Shown: positions 1-12,383 of the stretch, one piece after another
How the letters are laid out: each line of letters starts with the position of its first letter
How positions within the stretch are numbered: the stretch's first letter is position 1
Assembly (NCBI GenBank): GCA_964016885.1
Contig: CAXHJY010000047.1
Span: 1-52,244 of the forward strand
Reading direction: 5' to 3'
Origin: Eledone cirrhosa
Taxonomy: Eukaryota
Length of the DNA: 52,244 nt
Program-made: the position numbers and the translations under genes
Notes under the pieces: model-generated
Database searches by the model: none
Seen by the model: only the letters and a program-made list of their open reading frames with translations
Told to the model about the DNA's origin: nothing

Positions 1-1130
1 AGAATAAGTGAGAATGAAAGATAGAGCCAAAGACAGACAGACAGAATGAGTGAGTGTGATAGAGATAACAACAATAGAATTCATGAGTGAGAAGAGAGAG
101 AGAGTGAAAGAGAGAGATAGAGATGAACCAAATACCTGAGCTTCCACAGCAAAATGCTAACGCATTCTTTTTTGCCTCGTATACACTTCCTAAATCAGCC
201 AACTTACACCTTCGACAACAGAAGATAACGATGAGGACAACAACAACGAAAAAAAAAGAACAACAACAACACCTCCATGCAACATCCAATGGAGAGAAGT
301 GAGACTAAGAGAAGAGAGATTAAGTGAGAGGGAAAGATAAGTTGAAGTAAGAGTTGGAAGAAGAAAACGCAGAAGCACACATACAACACACACATATATA
401 CCTACGTACTTAATACGCATACAACACCCACACACATATATACATACGTACTTAATACACACACATACATACAGACAGATTAATGCACACACTGTCTATC
501 TCACACACACACACACTCTCTCATACAAACAACAAGACGGAGGTGGAGTGTGAATGTGTGTAGGCATGTGTGTGTATGTGAGTGCGTATGTATGTGTTTG
601 CATGTGTGTGCACGCCCGCGCGTATGTATCTGTGTGTGTCGTCTGCTTTTATACTTTTCTCACTTCAACATTTTAGTTTGTTTATCCCTTCACTTATTCT
701 TCTCTGGCCATTTCTTCTCATTTACACAGATAGTTACGACAGTAGAGAGAGAGAGAGAGGGGTGTGATTGAAAGAGAGAATGAAAGTGAGAAAGAGAAAG
801 TAAGAAAAAAATGAGAAAGAGGGAAAGAGAGAGAGAAAGTGAGAGAGAGGGGAGTAGAGACTAAGAGAGAAAAAAGAGACAGAAAGACTATGAGAGAGAG
901 AGAGAGTGTATTTGAATGTGTTTATATATGAGCGTCGTCTGCTTTTATGCATTCCTTACTCAAACTTTTAATTTATTTTATTATTTTATTGTTTTATTAT
1001 TTTATTGGTTTCAGTTATTAGACAGCGGTCATGCTGTGACACGGCTTTAAAGGGCTATAGTCTGTCGTATCGATCTCATTTTTTTTTCGACCTGCTAATT
1101 TAGGGGACATAATCTCTCTAACACACACAA

Positions 1131-1164
<34 letters not shown>

Positions 1165-1166
<2 letters not shown>

Positions 1167-1422
1167 AGGGCAGGTTAAATTCCCGAGATCCATGGACGAG
1201 TTCTCTCCAGCGGTCTCTGTCCCTCATTATCACTGCCATGTCATGCGTCTCCAACAGACCAGTGTATGTCCTTAGGGCATCAACATATGTTAACTTCGGT
1301 CTTCCTCTTCCAGTGTGTGCATTCAGGGGCTCCCACAGGAGCAATTAGTGCAGTGTCAACTCTGGATGGCGGTGAGCATGTCCAGCTAACCTCAGTCTCC
1401 TCTGTGTCACTTTTGAGATGAC
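1165..1422 (-). pseudogene. 5'-truncated RTE-like LINE 3' end (C-terminus of ORF), embedded in (TA)n
   Basis: Manual minus-strand translation gives VISKVTQRRLRLAGHAHRHPELTLH*LLLWEPLNAHTGRGRPKLTYVDALRTYTG...MRDRDRWRELV, the RL.WxGH / RGRP / DR..WR C-terminal pattern of RTE-group ORFs. One internal stop; (TA)n on both sides. Confidence 0.75.
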
Positions 1423-1439
1423 ATATATATATATATACA

Positions 1440-1578
1440 GCGGGGTTCTTTAGTTTACATTACCAAATTTCATTCACAAGGCATTGGTTGACCCGGGGCC
1501 CAAAGTGTCGTCATGCAGTGGAAGTGAACTCGAAACCACGTGATTGCGAAGCGAACTCCCTTTACTAACATGCCTGCA
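1440..1578 (-). mobile_element. Degenerate tRNA-like SINE (family 3)
   Basis: Reverse complement resembles the copy at 8362-8650 (GGAGTTCGCTTC...CAA/GGTTGAC...GAATTTGGTA). Confidence 0.45.
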
Positions 1579-1915
1579 TCTAGTTGTCCATCTTTCTCAC
1601 ATTTCTTTCGTCTCTTTTCGCATGGCTCTCATCTAACACACTTAGAAAGATAGGTAGATTGATAGAGAGAGAGAGAGAAATAGATACAGACAAAAGTATG
1701 GTGGGAGAAGAATATAGGGCTGAAGAGAGAGAAAGTGAATGAGTGAAAAAGAGAGTGAAAAGAGTGGGGGAAAGAGAGTGAGCAAGAGAGTGAGAGAAAG
1801 AGAGATGAAAGCATAAGTGGAAACAATAGAACAGGAGCGAGAATTATTCAAAGAATGGGTATGTATATAATATACACATACATACATACAGTGTATATAT
1901 TACACATACATAGAC

Positions 1916-2099
1916 AGTCGATCGACTTTCGTCAAATCGGACCGAGGAAACAATGTTTCCATTGGTCTTTCCAATTGCTAATACTCTCTATCAGTCGCAA
2001 CTCCAGGTAGCAGGAGCAATGTGAAATAAAGTGTCTTGCCCGGTCCGGGAATCGAACGATTGTGAATCCAATTCTCTAACCACTCAGCCACACGCCTTC
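1916..2099 (-). mobile_element. tRNA-derived SINE (family 2)
   Basis: A box TGGCTGAGTGG and B box GTTCGATTCC on the minus strand; body near-identical to 9140-9350 and 29130-29342. Confidence 0.8.
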
Positions 2100-2134
2100 A
2101 CATACATACATACACACACTATCATATGATATCA

Positions 2135-2318
2135 GTGAATTGGCAGTATCGGTAGAGGGTTGGACGCCATGCTTTCTAGCATAGTTACGTCCCATTATGG
2201 TCTGAGTTCAAATCCCGTCGAGGTTAACTTTGCCTTTCACCCTTACGGGTTCGATGAAATAAAGTACCAGTAATGTACTGGATAATTGGTGGCTTTGTGC
2301 CAAAAGTAGAAACAATTA
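2135..2318 (+). mobile_element. tRNA-like SINE (family 1)
   Basis: A-box-like TGGCAGTATCGG, B box GAGTTCAAATCC, body GGTTAACTTTGCCTTTCA...AAGTACCAG, tail GTGCCAAAAGTAGAAACAATTAT; many homologous copies in the window. Confidence 0.85.
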
Positions 2319-3984
2319 TATGATATATAAGTGAGATACAGATACAGTAAAATAAAAACATTGTAAAAACCCCCAGAAAAAGAAGAGTTAGATAGATGCA
2401 GAGGGGTGAGGATAGAGAGAGAAAGAGGGAGAGGAAGTAAAGAATACGGTGGTAAAAGGGAACAAAAATGAAAGAGATATGAAGAGAAAGTAATAGAGAG
2501 GGTGAAAGAGTGATATTGTGTGTGTGTGTATGCGTGTGCGTGCGCGTGCGCGTGTGTAAATGGAAGACGGTGAAATAATTTGAATGATTAAATAGGTAAA
2601 GGAATTATTGAGGGGAAATTGAATGAAGGTGAAACGGATAAAAATTCACATCTTAGAAAAAAATGTTATGTAGGTATAAAGAGAGAAAGAGAAAACGATA
2701 AGCAGTTCAAATGATAACAAAAGATATGTACATATTAAAGGAAGAAGAGTGGAGTTTATGTTAGTACAGAGAACATTAGATAACTAGATAACAGAGAGAG
2801 AGTATGGAGCGATGTGAAGGGTTGAAAACAAGACAAGTTTGCATGAAGAACAAGCAGAAAGTTTATATAACTGTAGAGTGAGAAAAGTTGTGATGAAAAA
2901 AGAGAGGTGTGAGAAAATAAAATTAAAAAAACAAAACATATGGGAAAAGGAAGAATGGAAGGAAAAATACAAGAAAGGAAAAATACACTAAATGGGGAAG
3001 GAGATGAAAATAAAAATATTTTTTAGTATAAAAAATACAATAATGCGTAAATTATATCTATTTCTTAATTATCATACCCTGGAGTTTTGAAAGGAATGAA
3101 ATTAAGATGATAAGGCATTCATACATGATGTTTTAGTCCATGCAATATTTTTACGAAGCTTTTTTGAATTCCACAATATTTTTTTGTTTTTAATTGCTTT
3201 AATACTAAACATTTTTTTTCGTTTCAAAACTCTTTCAATATCCAAAACTGTTCTTTAGAATTTCTTTCAGTTACCCATACTGTTCTTTTTTTTTTTTTTT
3301 ATTCCATGGAAGTTCTTTCAATACCGAACTATACATATAGTTTTAAAACTGTCAATATCCTTAACTGGCATTTTTTTAAATGCGTGACAACTTTTCAAAA
3401 CTCTTGCAACATCGAAAACTGTTAGAATTAATACTATTTCACTATCCCAAACTATTCTTTTTTCAAGTTTTTTTTCAATATTCCTCAATTTTATTTTCTA
3501 ACCATTGGTGGGACGTGGTCATATCTTTTATAACACACGTTGGATCAGTTGAACTTAGGTTCAACTAATCCCGTGTGAGTAAATTACTGAAAGAATAACT
3601 AATTTGACCCCGTCCAATAGCAGCTGTTTCTAACAAGGCGGCGAATTATAGTGTAGGACACAATATGCATTACGGTATTTGCTAAATTTCACCGAGATGA
3701 ACTTTGCCTTTCATCCTTTCAGGGTTGATAACTTGTCAGTCTATCATGGCTGAATGGCAGGACTGTTAGAGCGTTGAACAAGATGCCTTGCTGTATTTCT
3801 TCTGGCTCTTTCCGTTCTTAGTTCTGATGTGGTAGACCTAATCTGTCAGTCGGTTTAATAGTACCACTTGGTCTCTTGCTGTCTTTTAAAATATTTCAAT
3901 CGGGCCAGAAATTCTCGGATGCCCTGAGAAAATAAAGTGTCATAAACATTGCTTTTCCCCTTCCTGATTGAAAGGTAAAATAAT

Positions 3985-4172
3985 TGTTTCTACTTTTGGC
4001 ACAAGGCCAGCAATTACCCAGTACATTACTGGTACTTTATTTTATCGATCTCGTAAGGATGAAAGGCAAAGTTAACCTCAGCGGGATTTGAACTCAGAAT
4101 GGCAAGGGCCATAACTCTACGCGTCAAAGCATGGCGTCCGACCCTCTACCGATACTGCCAATCTATCGCCCT
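3985..4172 (-). mobile_element. SINE family 1, full length, with 17-bp TSD
   Basis: Homologous to 2135-2318; flanked by direct repeat TTGAAAGGTAAAATAAT (3968-3984 and 4173-4189); adjoins an older copy at ~4190-4302. Confidence 0.85.
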
Positions 4173-4679
4173 TTGAAAGGTAAAATAATAATAATGATTT
4201 AGGCACAAGGCCAGCAATTTTGGATTTGAACTCAGAGAGTAGAAACGAATACTGCAAAGAATTCTAACCGACGTTCTAACGATTCTCTCAATGCACCGCC
4301 TTAACACAACTACACCAAATCCTATATAGAATGCATTTTCTCTAATACGCTTATCATAAAATTGTGCCAAGCTATTTTGTAAACAAAATGGCCGACGTGC
4401 TCTCTAATCGGCGCTGATTGTATTAAGCAGAAATATTTCATCATAACTAAACTATAATGTTCTGCTCTACTTAAAAAAGCGTGGGCAGATAGTAAAGAAC
4501 GGCTTAAAAATGATTAATACATTAACAATAAAAGTTGTTCGTATCTTTCCCGGGGTCATTGGCAAAGAGAGGAAAGTGAATCTATCTACCACCTGGGAGG
4601 TAATCAAAACGAGATCGAAGATGTAACTCATCGAATGTTCACAGATTGCTGTACGGCGTTAAGCAGCATACACACACAT

Positions 4680-4712
<33 letters not shown>

Positions 4713-4973
4713 ATATTTGAAATCCTGCCAGGCTTGCAATTATAATTATTTCGCATGTTTTTATTATCTCATTGGTCAAAAGGGCCCCATCACAAATACA
4801 GAATTTCCAACCACCATATTGTTTTGTATGGTAATATAAACCAAAAAGAAACATTCATTTTACATATACGTATACATGAGAAGTGTCGTAACATACACAA
4901 TAAACATAGACGATATGGATTTACATTTGTGCACACACAGACTCACTTATTATATATATATATATAAGAAACA

Positions 4974-5087
4974 AAGGGCTGTGTGGTTACTTGATAACGT
5001 GTATTTAGAAATAAAAGGAAAGCACAAACAAGGGACAGTCCCTTCTTCAGTTGTCTGCTGGAGGTCACTGACATTTCAACGCATTAA
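4974..5087. repeat. Dispersed ~115-bp repeat (second copy 25262-25381)
   Basis: GTGTGGTTACTTGATAA...GGAAAGCACAAACAAGGG...TTCAGTTGTCTGCTGGAGGT...GACATTTCAACGCATTAA occurs twice, both times next to microsatellites. Confidence 0.75.
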
Positions 5088-5189
5088 TATGTGTGTGTGT
5101 GCGCGCTTGTATGAAATATATACCCGCACTCACACATTATATGTGAATTTTATTTTGATTAAGCATTGAGTAGAATTTGACTATGTTTT

Positions 5190-5902
5190 TAGAAGAGATC
5201 CGTGTCAGCTTTATTTCAGTCCCTCCTAAAGCTCAATGGCTATTCTAATAACATTGTTATTTTCATGCTCGTAGACCTTGGCGAGATTGTTGCTAACTTT
5301 TTTCTTCTAATGATATGTGCCAGTGTTACTCTCCGGGCCTCATACGATGTTAATAGGGATTTTAGTCCCCGGTTACTCTCCTTGAATGGGAATATAGCCT
5401 ATCAACATCCCCATTAATGTAGAAATTTCCAGTAACATTGAGTAACATACGACTTCTTACATCCACCTCGTTCAATTCTTGCAGTGACCAGTTCAGAAGG
5501 CCAAATGTTGACGTTAGGAAAGGCACAGCAAAGGTGTTGAGGGCAATGTGTTTGTTGTAGACTGAACATTTTGATTACCATATTAGCTAAGGTATTAACT
5601 CCTTGCTCTCTCCTCCATATCTAACATTCTCATCTGTCCAAGATACCTGTAGCTGGTTTAACCGGAGGAGAAAGAGCTGAACTGTCAAGCTAGAGTCCTA
5701 CGGGATGCCTTTTTTTTTTTTTTTTTAGTAATGAATGATATCAGGCTCAATTTGGTTATCACCTCTCAAAATGAATGTGGTGCACTAAGTCTTGGTCAGG
5801 CATTAGACAGTAGTTACTAGTGGTCATAGGACTTGGGCTAATTGTGAAGTTTTGTTAATCCATCCATATGGAATAGTATCGAAAGCCTTTTGGTAGTTCA
5901 GC
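5190..5902 (-). pseudogene. Decayed R4/Dong-clade non-LTR retrotransposon RT fragment
   Basis: Manual translation across stops and frameshifts: LNYQKAFDTIPYGWI...GIP*DSSLTVQLFLL...SYRYLGQ/DENVRYGG...IW*SKCSVYNKHIALNTFAVPFLTSTFGLLNWSLQELNEVDVRSRMLLNVTGNFYINGDVDRLY/KESNRGLKSL, matching R4/Dong RT and thumb motifs as I recall them. Confidence 0.75.
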
Positions 5903-5992
5903 TATGAATGTATGTGTGTGTGTTTGTATGTATGTATAAAAGTGCATCTTTGTAAAACTTTACAAAAATATCGGTGACAGTTCATCGAACGG

Positions 5993-6023
<31 letters not shown>

Positions 6024-6843
6024 GCAGAGAGAATGTGGTTATGAAGGTATGAGCAGACTCTAAAAGGGAAAGAAAACAACGAAGTAAGAGATGAAGAAGA
6101 AAGGAATAAATGAATGAAAAGAGAGCAAAGGAAAGAATTAAATGGCAGCAGGCAAAGAGCAAGCGAAAGAAAGAAAGATAGATATAACGGTAAAAAGATA
6201 AGAGAAAAGAAATTATAGAACGACGTAGAAAAGAATGACAATATGAGACAGAGTGGAAAACATACGAACGAAACGACAGAAAATGAAGAAAGAAAGAGGG
6301 AGAGAACTGGAAGAATAAGGCTTGATCTTACTAGAATAAAGCGAATAGAAAATTATTACAGTAGCGTTTGTTGTAAGTAATGATGACGATGATGGTAATA
6401 GTAATGGAAGTTCTAGTAATATTGTTAGTGATGGTGGTAATAGTTGTAGAAGTAATAGTTACTGTAGATAACAGTGGTGATAAGAGATGTGTCAAGTGTA
6501 CACACAGATACACACAACACAAGTTAAGGACCGAAACACTTGCTTGCGGTGGGTTTCTTCTCCGAAGACCTTCTGCTGTCCAGCTCTCCTGAGAGGTTCT
6601 CCCCACTATATATATTCCCCACTATATATATACATATATAGTGGTGTATGTGGTGTGTACTCTACTGCTGCATTAAGTGTGGCCGAAAGTCGAGTACGGG
6701 AATAATTGAAGGTACCCATTTACGTGTGTTGTATTGAAGCGAATAACTATGTGTCTACTCTGGGAGTTTATTTAACATTACCTATTGAGTACGCTGAGAT
6801 GTAACCGGTCCTAGTAGTGAAACCCATGCTAGTTCCGTCAACT

Positions 6844-6877
<34 letters not shown>

Positions 6878-7714
6878 CGATGACAAAAGTAGTAGTGACT
6901 ACGAAGTTTCGGCGTTGATGCCTCTTCATACATACATACATACAACATATTGTAGTAGCTTGAGTTAAGAGAAGTAACGTTATATGTCTGCAACATGATA
7001 CCAAGTGAAGCATCTTCTTTCGCACACATACACAGATACACCTACAATCAACTACACACACACAACTACACACACACAACTACACACATATATGTGTAAT
7101 ATACTCAAACTTTCTCGAAGTTCTATGTCGTCTGCTTTCGCTTTGCCTTAAGCTCGCTTGGCTTGCATCACTCCTCACCCCCCTCTCTCTCTCTCTCTCT
7201 CTCTCCCTCACCCCCCTCTCTCCCTCATCCCTCTCTCTCCCCCTCATCCCACTCTCTCTCTTTCAGCCTGCTTCTGTCTGCCCCGATAAGTCTTGTGCTT
7301 TCTCGGTATATAAGATTTGTTTAACTTTTTCTCACTTTATACTAACTAGTTCATGGTACTATCGTAAGAGAGAGAGAGAGAGAAAAAGATATAACTCGAA
7401 GAAATGTTCTTTTATCTTTTTCTTTCTTTTCATTTCAGGTGAGGTGAGGTGAGGTGGGGTTATTCATATTTTGTAAAATTCATGCTTTTTGTTGTTGTTT
7501 GTTCCTTTCGGTATGATTCATTTATCGTCTCGCCTCTTCTGTTATCAGCGTTTCTTTTCTTTTTTTTTTCTTTTGTCTTTTACACCCTTTTTTTCTTATC
7601 TTATCAAGGGCGGTGCCCCAGCATGGCCTCAGCCCGATGTATGGAGCAGGTAAAAGAGTAAAAGAGTCTCATTCTTTGTTTCAATCTGTCTTTCTCATTC
7701 ATTTACTCTCTCTC

Positions 7715-8229
7715 ACTCAATCATTCACTCATTAATCCCCTCACTCATTAATCCACTCACTAATTAAACCCCTCACTCCTTCATCCATTCACTCATTAAT
7801 CCCCTCACTCATTAATCCACTCACTAATTAAACCCCTCACTCCTTCATCCATTCACTCATTAATCCCCTCACTCATTAATCCACTCACTAATTAAACCCC
7901 TCACTCCTTAATCCATTCACTCATTAATCCACTCTCTCACTCAATCCATTCACTCATTAATCCACTCATTCATTAATTCACGTACTCATTAATCTATTCC
8001 TTCATTAAATCCCTCACTCATTAATCCCCTCACTCATTAATCCATTCACTCATTAATCCATTCACTCATTAATCCATTCACTCATTAATCCCCTCACTCA
8101 TTAATCCATTCACTCATTAATCCCCCACTCATTAATCCACTCACTCATTAATCCACTCACTCATTAATCCACTCACTCATTAATCCACTCACTCATTAAT
8201 CCACTCACTCATTAATCCCCTCACTCATT
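7715..8229. repeat. Minisatellite, ~16-bp unit TCACTCATTAATCCAC/CCC
   Basis: Tandem CACTCATTAATCC variants read directly. Confidence 0.95.
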
Positions 8230-8361
8230 TCTCCAGGCTAAGTCAATCGCCTTCATTTTCTTTTTCTCTCCCACCAGAGAAACAACGAGCTAATTAGTTA
8301 TATTACTAAATCTTTCTAGATTCTTCATTATTTTTCAAAACCCCAAACAGTATCTTTCATT

Positions 8362-8650
8362 AGGAGTTCGCTTCACATCCACCTGGTTCAAGGATCAGCC
8401 CTGCTTCGTGGTACCTTGAGCTTGTGACATTTATTTTTGCTTCAAGTTGACCTATGCGTGGAATTTGGTAGACGAAAACATTAGATCAGGCATGGACAAC
8501 CTTTTCCGAGCAGTGGGCCGCATAGGATGCGGCTTATCATATGGCGGGCCGCACTACTAAAACATTCAAGGCAATTTTGGAATTAGGCGTGCCATTCAGA
8601 AAGCCAAACGGGCCGCAGTTTGCCCATGACTGCATTAGATGCTCGTCATA
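8362..8650 (+). mobile_element. Degenerate SINE (family 3) interrupted by a hAT MITE
   Basis: SINE-like body ending GAATTTGGTAGACGAAAAC, continuing after the MITE TSD. Confidence 0.45.
8487..8632. mobile_element. hAT (Charlie-like) MITE, 146 bp
   Basis: TIRs CAGGCATGGACAA / TTGCCCATGACTG (11/13 match); perfect 8-bp TSD CATTAGAT at 8479-8486 and 8633-8640; internal GGGCCGCA motifs. Confidence 0.9.
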
Positions 8651-8663
8651 CGTACATACATAT

Positions 8664-8861
8664 AGTCAGTTGCTTTGAAATAGTTTATAAAAATCGAGTA
8701 AAGACCCTTAGAGACTGAAAAAGAATCAGACAGCGGCTTTTACGAGGAATTGAACCTCGTATATTTCATGTTTGATCTCGCGTAGCGACCGTTAGCAGCT
8801 CCTTTTTCCGTTTCTAAGGGCCTTTACCCTATTTTAGAAGCTATTTTATAGCAACTGACTG
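8664..8861. mobile_element. Degenerate fold-back / MITE-like element
   Basis: Imperfect ~60-bp terminal inverted repeats AGTCAGTTGC...AAATAG...CCCTTAGA...GAAAAAG / CTTTTTC...TCTAAGGG...CTATTT...GCAACTGACT. Confidence 0.55.
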
Positions 8862-9084
8862 TAATTGCAGTTTTTTTTGCGCTTGAGCATACTACATTTT
8901 CTAAAACTTTATTCTTTCAGCGCTTCGTAAGTTCAAAAGTTTGAGCTTCGCATATGATGTTCGTATTCACACACACCCATATACAGGATGTCCCTCCAAA
9001 ATATATATGCACTTCAGCAGCATTCTAATAAATATTGCCTGTATAGGTAATCAAAGTGTGTATACATGTTTGGCGACACACACA

Positions 9085-9139
<55 letters not shown>

Positions 9140-9140
<1 letters not shown>

Positions 9141-9350
9141 GAAGGCTGAGTGGTTAGAGAATTTGATTCACAATGTTGAGGTTGTGCGTTCGATTCCTGG
9201 ACCGGGCGATGCGTTATGTCTTTGAGCAAGACACTTTATTTCACGTTGCTCCTTCTACCTGGAGTTGCGACCGATAGATAGTACTAGCAACTGGAAAGAC
9301 CAACGGAAACATTGTTTCCTCAGTCCGATTTGACGAAAGTCGATCGTTAA
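9140..9350 (+). mobile_element. tRNA-derived SINE (family 2)
   Basis: GGCTGAGTGGTTAGAG...GTTCGATTCCTGG head; body matches 1916-2099 and 29130-29342. Confidence 0.85.
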
Positions 9351-9372
9351 AGATATATATATATATATATAT

Positions 9373-9561
9373 AACGAAGGAAGTTTGGTAAGGATCCAGG
9401 TGGACCATAACGCTCTAGAGCACTCGATACTTTGGGTAGTAGAGTGGGTAATAGGAAAAGAGTCAGCACCCCGACGGCAGATCTCAAGCCGTTTCGACGG
9501 TTATTTCTGGACAGTCCAGAAACGGCTTGAGCTCTGCCGTCGGGGTCCTGACTCTTTTCCT
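9373..9561 (-). mobile_element. Small palindromic element carrying the 3' half of a hammerhead motif (family copies at 9579-9642, 15881-16082, 23310-23448, 25992-26097, 32011-32068)
   Basis: Inverted arms AGGAAAAGAGTCAG..CCCCGACGGC...CCGTTTC / GAAACGGC...GCCGTCGGGG..CTGACTCTTTTCCT plus an unpaired ~80-bp extension; (TA)n flanks. Confidence 0.7.
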
Positions 9562-9643
9562 ATATATATATATATTATAGGAAAAGAGTCTTCTGGACCC
9601 CGACGCTGAGCTCCGGCCGTTTCGACAGCTAGATCCGAACGCT

Positions 9644-9694
<51 letters not shown>

Positions 9695-9914
9695 GTGTTC
9701 TAGTTTGTGTATGTTTATGACCCGTAACTTAGCAGTTCAAAAACAACAACAAAAGAGATCGATAAAATAAGAATCAGACCTGTAAAGGTAAGCCATGGTC
9801 GCGATCTAATGATTAAAACCTGTCACTAAACTCTGTTCTAAGATTCTTAGTCTCTCAACTCCACCTCACTCACCTAGAAATTACCCACTCTCTCCTTTTT
9901 GTGTATTCTTATAT

Positions 9915-10310
9915 CACCCTCTCTCTCTCTAACTCTTTCCTCCTCTCTCTCTCCGTCTCTCCCCCTCTCTCTTTCCTCCCCTCTCTCCATCTCTGTCTCT
10001 CACCCTCTGTCTCTCTCCCTCTCTTCTCTCTATCTCCCATCGCTGTCTCTCTCTCTCCCCTCTCTATCTCCCCTCGCTGTCTCTCTCTCCCCTCTCTATC
10101 TCCCCTCGCTGTCTCTATCTCCCCTCGCTGTCTCTCTCTCCCCTCTCTATCTCCCCTCGCTGTCTCTATCTCCCCTCGCTGTCTCTCTCTCCCCTCTATC
10201 TCTCTCTCTCCCCTCTCTATCTATCTCTTTCCCCTCTATCACCCCTCCCCCCTCCCCTCTATCACTCTCCCCCTCTCTCTCTATCACTCTCCCCCTCTCT
10301 CTCTACTTCT
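9915..10310. repeat. CT-rich low-complexity tract / minisatellite (CTCCCCTCGCTGTCTCT)
   Basis: Read directly. Confidence 0.9.
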
Positions 10311-10702
10311 ATTTAATGAAGTTACTCAATCTCTCCCCTATCTCTAATTCCCCCCCCCATCCTCTCTATTTCAGATTCATTATCCACTTTTGCAATTTCT
10401 TTATCGCGTTCCCCCCTCCACCCCCATTGTCATTCTAATGTTCCTCTTTCATTCACTTCATCGTTTCTTTCTTCCTTTCTCTCCTTCGTACTCCCCCCCC
10501 TCTCTCTCTCAGCCTAAGTTAATCTTTCAATTCTTGTTTTTCGTTTACACTCCAGTTACATTCACTTTTTCGTTTCCCTTCTTTTTCTTTTCTATTACTT
10601 TTTACAACACCACCACCCCCTCTCTCTCTCTCTCTCTCTCTGTGTGTGTTTGTATATATGTGTGTGTGTGTTTATATATGTGTGTGTGTGTATATATATA
10701 TA

Positions 10703-10747
<45 letters not shown>

Positions 10748-10929
10748 ATTTATGTGTGTGTGTGTATATTATGCTCTTTTAACACCACGACTACGACTAT
10801 GACTATGACAGCCATCCACCACCACCACCACCACCACTACTAACATCAACGCAGTCGCCACGTAGTCATATAGTAACACCCAACATCACTACCACCCGCA
10901 GCATCAGGGTGAACGACATCAACAAGCCT

Positions 10930-11909
10930 CACCACCGCCGCCATTATTCCAACTTCCACCACCACCACTTCCACCACTATTCCAACTTCCACCACCGCCA
11001 CTATTCCAACTTCCACCACCGCCACTTCCACCACTATTCCAACTTCCACCACCGCCACTTCCACCACTATTCCAACTTCCACCGCCACTTCCACCACTAT
11101 TCCAACTTCCACCACCACCACCACTATTCCAACTTCCACCACCACCACCACTATTCCAACTTCCAATTTCCACCGCCACTTCCACCACTATTCCAACTTC
11201 CACCACCGCCACTTCCACCACTATTCCAACTTCCACCGCCACTTCCACCACTATTCCAACTTCCACCACCACCACCACTATTCCAACTTCCACCACCACC
11301 ACCACTATTCCAACTTCCAATTTCCACCGCCACTTCCACCACTATTCCAACTTCCACCACCGCCACTTCCACCACTATTCCAACTTCCACCGCCACTTCC
11401 ACCACTATTCCAACTTCCACCACCACCACCACTATTCCAACTTCCAATTTCCACCGCCACTTCCACCACTATTCCAACTTTCACCACCACCACCGCCACC
11501 ACTATTCCAACTTCCACCGCCACTTCCACCACTATTCCAACTTCCACCACCACCACCGCCACCACTATTCCAACTTCCACCGCCACTTCCACCACTATTC
11601 CAACTTCCACCACCACCACCGCCACCACTATTCCAACTTCCACCGCCACTTCCACCACTATTCAAACTTCCACCACCACCGCCACTTCCACCACTATTCC
11701 AACTTCCACCACCACTATTCAAACTTTCACCACCACCACCACCAACCGCCACCACTATTCCAACTTCCACCACCACCACCACCACTATTCAAACTTTCAC
11801 CAGCACCACCACCACCACCACCAACCGCCACCACTATTCCAACTTCCACCATCACCACCACCATCACCACCACCACCACCACCGCCACCACTATTCCAAC
11901 CGCCACCGC
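10930..11909. repeat. Minisatellite built on CCACTATTCCAACTTCCACC(A/G)CC (~21-39 bp variants)
   Basis: Tandem ACTATTCCAACTTCC cores separated by variable (CCA)n; occasional 7-bp CCAATTT inserts shift the reading frames. Confidence 0.95.
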
Positions 11910-12184
11910 AAACTGTCCGCTTTTCGCTTCACCTATATAACAGGTTCGGTTAGTCGAAGCATAGCAGTGAAAAAGTACGTTAACAGATGCTGTACACTCG
12001 AGTTACTTATGGTGGTGCAAGGGCTCGTATGGGTGGAGGAGAGGGGTGGAAAAGATGAAAAAAAAAAAAATGAGGGTAGGGATGAGTAACGAAGAATACG
12101 TCGAGATATCGCGAGGATTACAAGTCGACGATGGCTTGCTTACCTTGAGAGCGTTTGTAAGAAGTGGGGCGTGGGGGGGATGTA

Positions 12185-12372
12185 CCACCCACCTATTTCT
12201 CTACTTACCTACCCACATACCTACCTACTTACCTACCTACCTACCCACATACCTATATATCTACATACCTACATACATACAGACATACACACATATATGC
12301 ATGCACGCACACATACTTGCCTAGCTATTTGGCTTCCTACCTACCTACCTACCTACCTACCTACCTACCTAT
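12185..12372. repeat. (TACC)n / (TACA)n microsatellite region
   Basis: Read directly. Confidence 0.85.
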
Positions 12373-12383
12373 ATTAACTACCT

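Noticed and set aside
2135-2225. tRNA genes at the A/B-box motifs
   Set aside because: No complete cloverleaf; the boxes are heads of repeated SINEs.
4380-4425. YY1-like AAAATGGCCG and a CCAAT-like box as a possible promoter
   Set aside because: Short motifs only, with no downstream exon or gene I can support.
5035-5056. CTGAAGA plus hairpin AGGGAC/GTCCCT on the minus strand
   Set aside because: Followed by TGTT rather than GAAA, and the second copy at 25262-25381 does not conserve the box.
7415-7460. Polypyrimidine tract plus TTTCAG|G splice acceptor (also 13250-13263)
   Set aside because: No convincing exon ORF or paired donor; such motifs are common by chance in T-rich DNA.
8982-9043. 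TA-CAGG...CCTG-TA mini Tc1/mariner-like element
   Set aside because: The inverted match is only about 4-8 bp including TA; insufficient.
10846-11940. His-rich / Gly-rich (SWNSGGGG) ORFs resembling structural proteins
   Set aside because: They are translations of a minisatellite. The same peptide phases swap frames at 7-bp inserts, and I see no signal peptide or unique coding flanks.
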